This document shows positions 53,471 through 64,000 of a DNA stretch of 64,000 bases, one piece after another. A program made the translations under genes and the position numbers. The DNA comes from the human T2T-CHM13v2.0 reference genome, Homo sapiens. The stretch lies in NCBI RefSeq assembly GCF_009914755.1, contig NC_060928.1; one strand, given 5' to 3'. The notes under the pieces were generated by a model. The model was not told the DNA's origin and ran no database searches. It worked only from the letters and a program-made list of their open reading frames with translations. Within the stretch, counting starts at the first letter, position 1. The number at the start of each line of letters is the position of its first letter.

Positions 53471-54849
53471 GCATAGATCTAAAGGGACAGCCCATGGAGG
53501 ACATTGGGGGAGCTGTGGATGTGTGGCAGGAATGGAAGAAGTTTGGGTAACTGGGGCAGAAAATGGCAAAGGTGACTGAGTAGGAGGATTCACAGTCAGA
53601 GACTGGGAATACCTTAGTCAAAAGATTGTACAAAGGTCAACTTGTCCATTATCATCATCCTCAAATATTTGAAAGGCTGTCATGTGGAAGAAGAAAACAT
53701 ACTTGTTTTGTATGGCTCCTGAGGACAGAATGAGGGCCAGCAAGTCAAGCAAATGATGCTGCGTGGGGATCAAGAAACTCCGAATTTTAGAAATTTGAAC
53801 TGGCCAGCAATTGGATAAACTTTCTTGTGAGAAAGTGAAATTTATAGAAAGGAGTCAAGAAGAGGCATATGGCTTTAGAGGGTGTCCCTGCCTTAAGTTT
53901 GAGGTTTAACAAAGCAACTTCTCTCCGTTTTGAGATTCCTATACTCTAAAAATTCATACCCATTTTAGCCTCCACCAGAAAATAACTTAGGTAAATAATC
54001 ACAAAGAAGAATAGAGAAATGTGTAGGAAGATGTTAATTGTAGAGGAAGAAAGAGTCAATCAATACATCCATTCATAGGGAAATGTTTCAATAACCACTA
54101 AAATCTGATGAAATATAACACAGCTGTTGGAAATGACCATTATGAAGACCATGTACTGGCAAGGAAAGCTGTGTCTGAAAGTCTTGAGAAAATATGACAC
54201 AAAATTACATCTTTACTGATTATATGTAAAAATATGTAATTTTCTGCATATGGAAAAAACTAGATAGAAATATGGAAGTGAAAACAGGTGATGTTTTTGA
54301 CTGGCAGAATTCTGGGTTAGTCTTTTTCTCTTTCATTTTAAATTTTGACTATTATTGTGGTTAGCAATTTCAGCAACCCTTGTTGTGGGGGAAGTTAGTT
54401 TGTCTTATTTGAGGGATACCAACTGGGACATCTCTGATATGAATAACATGTGCTGTAAACTCCTGGTGCTCATTCCTGAAACACAAAAGATATTTTAAGT
54501 TGTTTGGACCTCATTACCTAATAAATAGACCTGTTGGGTGTTTATTTTAGACTAGGGGCCTCATCAAAACATTACTGAGACAATAAAGGCAATGTGAACC
54601 AAGGCAATTTTGGAAACCTTTGACATAGCCCCTACACTCAAATAACTCATCATTAGTCTCAAAAGCCAGATCATAAATAAATGAAACTAGCAAAATAGGT
54701 CATATAATCTGGATGAGTACAAAATGAGAAGGGAGAATTGGAGTGGGAGAAGAGGGGAAGACAAGTAATTTTGACTGCATGGAAGGCATCAAAAAAAGCT
54801 GCACAGGAAGCATGATTTTTAATACTGGTTGTTTTATTTCATCTAAATA

Positions 54850-56850
54850 ATAAATGTTCTTTAAATAAACTAGATTATACTGAGAAAATGGTAATCTTCT
54901 GCCCCAGTCACCATCAAAACCCCAGTCCTGCTCCCCAGAGCCAACCTCTTTCAATTGTTGTACCTACTTCTCCTGGTAATTGTTTCCCTATCTTCAAAAT
55001 AAGATGCTTACACTGCTAAATCTTGTTTTATAAATTTTCAGCCTTTTGTAGTGACTTCCTGTTATAGAACTTAAGGGGTTAGCTTTCTTATGCCATCCTC
55101 AACCCACATCCCTCAATTTAATTATATATCAAATACTGGGTGCATCATTATGACTATATAAATGTTGTTTATTACTAAACCATGTAATGTACCATAATTA
55201 CTTATTCCTTCTCCTAGAACTTATTGTTTTTCCTCGGATTCTTAATACATCCTGGTTTCTGTTAATTTTTTAAATGTACTTACTATTACTTTTGTCCTAA
55301 ATGCCCCAACGGATCTTTTAAAATCTATCGGTAATTTTTGCACTTGCTGGGCTACAGTTTCAAACACTCTATACGTTTCTGCCTCCTGCCCTCCCTTCTT
55401 CGACCCACCCATCCTGCACCCTCTCTCCCACGGCCTACAGTTCTTCTGCTCCTATTGTGGACCCTTTGATCTCCGGGCCAGCTACCTGGCTTTCATGCTA
55501 AGCCTTCTTTTCTTCACCCTCCTCCACCCCAGGCATTACATGGCCTGGTTTTTTAATACCATGTCTTTCTCTTCCTTGATTGACTCCCTCATTTTATAAA
55601 GAACATTCTTCATTTGCTTCTTAAGAAAAGATGTGTAGTGGGCAAAACGTTTGAGCCTTTCATGTCAGAAAATGTCTGTATACTACTGTGTACCCTCAAT
55701 CGATAATTTGGCTTAGTATAGAATAGTAGATTGAAAATAATTATCCCTCCAAGTTTTGAAAATATTTCTCTTTTGTTCTAGCATTCAGTGTTGCTGAATG
55801 CTAGAACATTCAGAAGCCATTCTGAATTTCCTCTCTCTCTCTCTCTCTCCCTCCCTCCCTCCCTCCCTCCCTCTTTCATCTCAAGTAACTCTTCTAGGGT
55901 CTTCTTGTGTATAGTGTGCTGAGTAATTAGGGAACCCGTCAGTGTAGAAGCTCACGTATTTCAGCTGTAAGAGATATTCCTACATTATTCATTTGATTAT
56001 CTTATCCTTTCCTTTTTCTCTATCTTCTCTTTCTGAAACTCCTAATGTTTAGAGGTGAAGCTTCCTAGATTGAGATTCTAATTTTCTTTCCTTCCTTCTT
56101 ATTCATCATTATTCCTCTTGTTTTTCAACAAAGTTATTTTCCAAAATTGTATGCACTTTTAAATTTATTTTCTGGGATATGAAATAAAAATATTTTCCCC
56201 AAGAGCTCTTTATTGCTCTGATGTTTCTTTTTCCCAAGCTTCCTGTTGTTATTCTAAAGATGCAACAAATTTTCTTGTATTTCTGAAGTTATTAGTGGCA
56301 GCTTTTTGAAAATTTTCCTTTGTTCCCAACATTGTCTCTATTTCACTGAATTCCTTTTCCTTGTTGTTTTGTTGATTTGTTTCTTTCATTGGCTGGTTGA
56401 TATTGTGCGTGTTTTCAGCTCTTTCATGTGGAAAGCCTTCCTCAAAATATCCAGTTATCCTGGATTGTCCGCTTGTTTTTTCAGAGTGAAGCATCAAGTG
56501 TTTCATCTGAAGCACTGTAAGCATGGGCAGATACTTAATTGCTGGGTTTTACTCGGGGTAATGAAAGGGCAAGCCATCCTTCCTGATGGAGAGCTCCACA
56601 TGTCTGTGTCTAAAAATCTCTCTGGGCCCACTTCATTTCTACACAAAATGACCTTCCAATCTGCTGCTGTAGAAGGTGAAGAATAGGACATATGTCTGGC
56701 TGCTGGCCTTCTAAAGCAATGGGGGAAGGCTGCTGAGGGTCTCCGAATTTGTTGTATACGTTTTCTTTAATCCCATGCCACACTACCTTGCTCTCCCCAG
56801 ATGTTGGTGTCCCTGAGACCACACTCCCACTAGTTTATTCTCCAAAGAAT
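54850..56850 (-). mobile_element. Highly degraded old L1 (L1M/HAL1-type) region
   Basis: T-rich antisense L1-like motifs ('gtatagaatagtagattgaaaataatt', 'ttctctttctgaaactccta'); boundaries approximate. Confidence 0.5.
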
Positions 56851-57852
56851 GATTTTTCTCCAGCATGATAGTAAAGGCAAGGATGTAACATCTGAAGCTG
56901 GGTAATTCAGAAAGAAAAGAGGTTTATTTGTCTCATCATTCTGCAGACTTCACAAGCAAAGTAACAGCATCTGCTTAGCTTCTGGTTGGCAGCCTCAGGA
57001 AGCTTACAATCATAGCAAAATGTGAAAAGGAGCCAGTGTGTCTCATGGCAAGAGAAGGAACAAAACATATCAGAGGTGGTTTGTTTAAGTGAGAACAACA
57101 ATAACAAAGCAACAAAAATTCAGACTATCTTAAATAATAAGGAAATACATTTGGCTCAGGAAAAAAGAAACCTAGAAACCAGCTAGACTTGAGGATTTAT
57201 TAACCTGAAGACTATAACTCAGTTTCTCCATAGTTTTTTGATTGACCCTTACTCAGTGTATTTACTTCCCTCTGACATCCAGTGGTTTGTTTTTCAGTTA
57301 TAGGAAATGTCTGACTTAGAACCCTAAGAATTTCTCCCTCTTGTGTCTCTGGCCTGAGCTTGATCGATTCATGAATGGAGTCCAGGGGCCTAGCAAGTGC
57401 TAACTGTCTTAGACCTGGATTCCTGAATCGCTATGCCAGTTTTGGATGAATTAGCTCCAAACCACTTGCATGAACCTCCAGAGCTGAAGATGGAGGCAGG
57501 GTTCCTGAAATCAAGGGTGACAGAAGGAGATGCATCATTAAATGAACACTGGGATAGTTTACTTAGGGCAAATACAATAATGGGTATATAAACAGCAATA
57601 TCCACTGCACTCACAATAAAATAAAAAATAATACAAACGTTCTGATGCAATGTAATAGTCTTATAGTGTTATTTTATAGTCTATATAGCTCTATAGACTA
57701 TATAATAACACATAGTACTGCTATATTATAAATAACAAGATAAAGCTGAAGAGATAATAAAGGTAAAATGGTGAGAGGAGAACAATGGGAAAATTACTAG
57801 ATAGACTCTGAACAGTAAAAGCCCCAACAAATTGATTAAAAATAAAATGGTA

Positions 57853-58281
<429 letters not shown>

Positions 58282-59067
58282 TCAGATAAATCATTTTTCC
58301 CACAAGTCTTCCTAAAGGGGTCACTGCATGACAATGGAACTGTCAGTAGCATCCCTATGGTGTATGTAACGATGAATTTGAAAACATCTATCAACACTAC
58401 CACAGATTTAATTTAGTTGCTCTGATATATTTGGTCCAAACCAAGACAATTCTCACATGCTCTGGATTAATCTAAGGATAAAATCTGGGGTGATAAGAGC
58501 CATGTCTCTCAAACTGGGGTAGAATTAGAACTACTGGGGACACAACAGGAGGTAAAAGTAGTACATATTCCTTGTGGTAGGAAGGAAATCATTTTGGTTT
58601 GGCCTTTTTCTTGATAGAAATAGATTTAAAAGATTACTTTTATATTTAAACCAACATAAATATATTACAGAGTAGAATATAAAAAGCATAAATGCTATGA
58701 AAAAGAGAGCATAAAACCTCAATGAAAGGATATCCCAGTTGTGTGGACAGCCTTGAGCTATATACCCAGTCCCCCAGAGGCGTCATCTCATGGTCTTCTA
58801 CCTTTCAGGTTTGTTCAGGGGAAAGGTTTCAAGACACTTCCCTCTACACTTTCTTCATCTGGCCAACTCCTAGTCATCTCTGATAGCTCCTTGTACTCCT
58901 TTGATCATGCCACTCTGTACATTTTGTTGTAGTTATTTGTTTAAAATCTTCCTCCCTTAATAGAATGGCAAGAAATTGGCTACCTTGTCCTCCAGTTCCT
59001 GGTGCAGTGTCTGTTTTGGTACAAGAGGCCAATAAATTAATAAGTTAATGAACTAAAGACGTCTGAT

Positions 59068-59458
59068 TGTTATGGGCCGAATTGTTTCCCCTCAAAATTA
59101 ATATGTTGAAGTCCTAACTCCAGCACTTCAGAATGTGACCTTATGTGGAGTAGGGCCTTTAAAAAAGTAATCAAGCTAAAACAAGGTTATACAGGTGGCC
59201 TCAATAAAATATGACTGGTTTCCTTATAAGAAGTGGAGATTTGGACACAGAGACATGCAGAGAAGAAAGATCATATGAAGACATGACCAAGAAGAGAGCC
59301 TTGGAATAGACCTTCCCTCACAACCTTCAGAAGGAACCAGCTCTGCCCACACCTTGATCTCAGACTTTCAACCTCCAGAACTGCAAGACCATACATTTCT
59401 GTTGTTTCAGTTGCTCACTCTGTGGTACTTTGTTACACAACCCTAGAAAACTAATACA
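59068..59458 (+). mobile_element. MLT1B-type MaLR solo LTR
   Basis: TG...CA ends with a 5-bp TSD CTGAT; 'atatgttgaagtcctaac..cagaatgtgacctta', 'accttgatctcagactt..cctccagaactg'. Confidence 0.88.
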
Positions 59459-60849
59459 CTGATCTTCAAATCCTTCAGACGGCCCTACCTCCCACGAATA
59501 TAAATGTGAGCCTCTTTCCTTGCTCTCTTGCTCTCCATGCAATGGAATACATACTTCTTTCTCCACAGAAGGAGGAAGGAGGCCCTCAAATCCTTTACAA
59601 TTTTAAGGCATTTTTTCCTTTAATATTATTATCCAGCAGCCTTCTACAATAGGCAGAAAAATCATGAAGATAGTTTGACTGGAGAGATGACAAATAAGTG
59701 CCATTTTAGTTTATAAGGAGAATTAAATTTTTGTGAACTAAACATTCTAATTGGTATCTTAAAATTTTTCATTAAAAAACAATCCTGGTTCATTGAGTTT
59801 ACTTAGAAACTTTGGCTGTAGTTTACACTTAGAACAAATGGCTTTAATTTCATTATACACTACCAAATCAACCAAGTCATTGTACACGTAAACTTAACCT
59901 TCATGTCTTGCAAATATGTGTGTGTGTATTTTTTTCCTGGTGCTTTACTCTAATTTTTATTGTTTAAATTTTTTTCTTTATTGTTTCTCAGTAACTGAGT
60001 GTTCCCTAAACCAGACAGAGAAAAAAAAAGGAAAGACATTCTCAATCATGGGACTGAGGCTGTTAGATCCCAGAAATTGTTTTCCAAAGAGTAAATCAGA
60101 GTACTTTTCCACTTGAATCACAGTACTTTTCCAGGACTAGCTATAGGATGATCTTGGTACAAATTTATTTGTCGTGACAGAATAGAGAAAATTTAGTGCT
60201 ATTATTTTCCACAAACCCTTTTGAACACTTTTGCAAGAATATCAAAATGCCAGGTGAACATTGTTTCACTTAACATGACCCAGTGTTAATAATTAAACAG
60301 GGCCAAGCATTCTGTAAATATTTAAAGCCCTACTAATATACACTTGGCATCATCTATGAAAAATTCGGGTACCTGCCACACATTTGGAATTCAGGTGTGA
60401 ATTATAAAGTGCTCAACAAATTTAAAATAACAGAAGGCAAGCCACGGTCACTGCAGGCAGGAGCACTAAGGGTAAGGAGAAGGGCTAATTGACGTCCTAA
60501 CAACAAATGAGGAAGCAGGAAACCCATAAAAACTGGTCACAAGCATATAAAACCCCAGCATTCATTTTTTATAGAAGCACTGAATATTAAGTGTGCCACA
60601 GGCCCCAAGACATTAATGTAATACAACCCAACAGAAGGAGACAAAGTCGCTGCAATGCTCCCTGGAAAGGCAAAGGGATCAGCAACCAGGCATTTGGAAG
60701 GCCCCCTGATTAGCCAGGCCACTTGGAAAAGTCATTTAATCTCTCAAAGCTGCTCTTTATCTACAAATAAAAATAATAATTCTGTCATTTCCTACTCTAC
60801 AGGGTCATGGTGGGGATCAAAAGTAGAAAAGCTGCTGCATAGAATCACT

Positions 60850-61480
60850 GACTGGATTTCACACCTTGTTCCCTCCTCTCTCTTTTCTTGGCTTCCAGCA
60901 CCCCACACACCGTCCTGTTTCCCTCTAATGCATTGGCTATTCCTGCTCATACTGCTATGCAGGTTCACTCTTTGATCCCCAAATTTTGGAGTACCCTAGA
61001 CTTCAGTCCTTATCCTTTTTATCTGGTCTATCTGTAGTCTCTCTTTAGGTAATCTCAAGGTCCTATGTATGATTCCTTTTGCTGATCATTCCCACATTTT
61101 TATCTCCAATTTTAATCTTCCTTCTGAATTTCAGACTTACATATGTAACTGTAAACTTGACGTCTTCACTTGATGCCCGATAGGCAGCTCAAACGTTTTA
61201 TGGCCAAAATAGGCCTATTGATTCTCCACAATCCAACCTCTTATTTTCATCAATCTCATCCTCTCAATTGCTCAAGCCAAAAAAAAAATCTAGGAGTTAT
61301 CTTAGTTCTTCTCTGTCCTTCATCTCTCACATCCTATGCATCAGCAAGGACTGTCTCTGAAACAGATCTCAAATCTATCCATTTCTCTTCACCACTACTA
61401 CCATTGCCCTTGTCCAAACCACCATCTTTGCTCATCTGAATGTCCACAGATGACTCTCAACTGGTCCTCATTTTCCTATT
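60850..61480 (+). mobile_element. L2 LINE fragment (continues ~62300-62830)
   Basis: Pyrimidine-rich L2 motifs ('cttcacttgatg..gcagctcaaac', 'tgctcaagccaaaaa..aggagttatcctt'-like). Confidence 0.55.
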
Positions 61481-61989
61481 AGCCTAGGCAAACCTTTTTT
61501 TAACATTTATTATAGCCTTTATACAAACTTAATTTAGTGACATTGTATAAATAAATAATAAATATGTAAAAGATAGTGTTTTTAATTTAAAAATCCACCA
61601 AACAATTAAACATACATGTGTATGTAAAAAAATTAAAAATCAATAAAGGCCTAGAAGGATACACACAAAATCTATGATACATTTAACTTCTTCAAAAAAA
61701 AAAATTAGGATAAGGATGAAGGACAAAATGGGCTTGACTTTAACTCATAACATTCCCTTCTTTTAAAAAGCATAAGAACTTGGAGCAAACATGTCAGTAT
61801 GTTAAATGTTGATTCTTGGTCAGATATTTTGATACTCTTCTCTGTAAACTTTTTCTGATTTTTTTCAAAATAAAAAAAGTAAACACAGAAAGGAGAAGAT
61901 AGAAAACATAAAAAGGACAAGGGTAAAAGGAGGATAGAAAAAGTGTAAAAGGATAATGTCCCTGAGCTAAAAAAAAATGCGTTAAAACT

Positions 61990-62185
61990 TTAAATATAAA
62001 ATGTATAAATATATATTTTATATATATACGTATATATACATATACGTATATATATACACATATATACATATAAATACATATATATAAATTTATATGTGTA
62101 TATATACATATAAATACATATATAAAATGTATAAAAATATAAAATATAAAATAAATATTTAATTTTTAAATAAAAATATAAATAT
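61990..62185. repeat. TA-rich low-complexity tract
   Basis: Directly visible. Confidence 0.85.
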
Positions 62186-62847
62186 TCTCCACATGTACAG
62201 GTGGATAAGTATTTCAATTTTTTGAAAGAGGAACAAAAAGTCTTGCTCTATTTCTAACTGAAATCTTTCTATGTGTCTCCGCACTGTATAAAATCTTGAA
62301 AGTATAAATCAAATCATATAATCTATTTAGAGTCTTCCAATGGTGCAACACATTTAGAATCAAATTCAAATTCTTTACCATAATACACAAAGTCCCACCA
62401 AATCTGACCTCTAACCATCTCTCCAACTTCCTCTGGCCCCACCATCATCTAGGGGCCAGCCATACCACCTGTCTGTCAATCACAAGTTCTTCCTCACGTG
62501 AAGCCCTTCACAGTGGCACCTCATCTACCTGGATTGCACTTCTCCCAGAACTGAATTTGACTGGAAACTTCTTGTCATACGAGTCTTTTCAAATAAGACT
62601 GCATCAAGGAGACTTCTCTTGACCAACTGATCTAAAGAAGCCCCCTAACACTCTCAATTATATCACCCCATTATAATTCTCTTCATAACACTGACCACCA
62701 TCTGATATTTTACCGTGTGTTTATTTATTGGTATTTCTTCATGCATCTTCTTCATCCCCCATCCTTCTCCCAGAACATAAACTCTGTGATTGCAGAGGCT
62801 ATGTTATATCCTCAGGACCAAGAACTATCATGATCCTCTATAAAGGG

Positions 62848-63369
62848 TATATTTGTCTCTAGTGCAGCATAACAAATTACCATAATCTTAGTGGCTCCAA
62901 ACAGCAACCATTTATTAGTCCTGGTCCTTTAGGTCAGAAGTCCATTCACAGCTTGGCTAGGGTCTATGATCTGATGAGAGCACTAAAGGCTGAAATCAAG
63001 GTGTTGACTAGGCTAAGTTCTTATCTGGCGGCTCTGGAAAAGAATCTGCTTCCAAGCTCATTCAGAGTATTAGCAAAATCCAGCTTCATTATACTATAAA
63101 ACTAAGATCTCCATTTCCTTACTGACTGCCAGCCAAGGGTTCCTAGAGGCCACCCACACTCCATATCATCTGGGCCCCTCCATCTTCAGGCTGGCAATTG
63201 TGTGGAAAAACCTTCTTATGCTTTCCAATCTGACTTCCTCTTCTATTAACAGCTGGAAAACTCTGTTTTCAAGGACTCTTATGACTCAACAGTGCCCACT
63301 TGGATAACTTCCCTATTTTAATGTCAATTGTGCCATATAAAAAAATCCAATCACAAGAGCAAAGTCCAC
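62848..63369 (-). mobile_element. MLT1 MaLR LTR interrupted by MLT2A
   Basis: 'gcataacaaattaccataatcttagtggct', 'aaggctgaaatcaaggtgttg', 'agaatctgcttccaagctcattcag'. Confidence 0.75.
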
Positions 63370-64000
63370 TGTATTAGTCAGGGTTCTCTAGAGGGACAGA
63401 ACTAATAGGATAGATGTATTTATTTTATTTTATTTTATTTTATTTTATTTTATTTTATTTTACTTTATTTTGAGATGGAGTCTCACTTCTTTGCCCAAGC
63501 TGAGTGTAATGGTGCGATCTTGGCTTACTGAAACCTCCGCCTCCCGGGTTCAAGCAATTCTCCTGCCCCAGCCTCCCAAGTAGCTAGGATTGCAGGCATG
63601 TGCCAGAATACAGAGCTAATTTTTGGATTTTTAGTAGAGACGGTGTTTCACCATGTTGGCCAGGCTGGTCTCGAACTCTTGACCTCAAGTGATCTGCCTG
63701 CCACGGTTTCCCAAAGTACTGGGATTACAGGCATGAGCCACCACACCTGATAGGATAGATGTATTTAAAAAGGAGAGTTTATTCAGGAGTATTAACTTAC
63801 ACAGTCACAAGGTCCCACAATAAGCCATCTTCAAGCTGAGGAGCAAAAAAGTCAGTCCGAGTCCCAAAGCTGAAGAACTTGGGACTCTGATGTTCGAGGG
63901 CAGGAAACATCCAGCACAGGAGAAAGAGGTAGGCAGGGAGGCTAAGCCAGTCTGGTCTCTCATGTTCTTCTGCTTGCTTTTATTCTGATCATACTGGCAG
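63370..64000 (-). mobile_element. MLT2A (MLT2A1-like, HERV-L) LTR, runs off the window
   Basis: 'tgtattagtcagggttctctagagggacagaactaatagga...gtccgagtcccaaagctgaagaacttgg..tgatgttcgagggcagg'. Confidence 0.88.
63423..63749 (-). mobile_element. AluS SINE nested in MLT2A
   Basis: (TTTTA)n tail; TSD ATAGGATAGATGTATTTA at 63405-63422 and 63750-63767. Confidence 0.93.

Overview
This is non-coding, repeat-rich primate genomic DNA, almost certainly human, because it carries an AluYa5 with all five diagnostic positions. I see no credible protein-coding gene, RNA gene or CRISPR array. The supplied ORFs are repeat-derived or chance, and the only real protein homology is disrupted LINE-1 ORF2. Interspersed repeats include L1 (two copies with twin-priming inversions), L2, MIR, Alu/FAM, MaLR/ERVL solo LTRs and Tigger/hAT/mariner MITEs; subfamily names come from remembered consensus sequences and need RepeatMasker confirmation. 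The standout structure is a ~4.65 kb inverted-repeat-flanked locus at ~21587-26236. Two ~440 bp arms (~96% identical, an inverted duplication of a Tigger3 MITE plus its own flank) enclose a ~3.8 kb almost pure A/T compound minisatellite with ordered 35/38/46-bp units and internal perfect palindromes, a PATRR/fragile-site-like architecture. The same pattern of an AT tract with an inverted copy of its flank recurs in miniature at ~14.4-14.8 kb and ~35.1-35.3 kb. Several isolated hairpins with 15-20 bp arms (21.2, 48.4, 55.8, 57.7 kb) look like template-switch scars.
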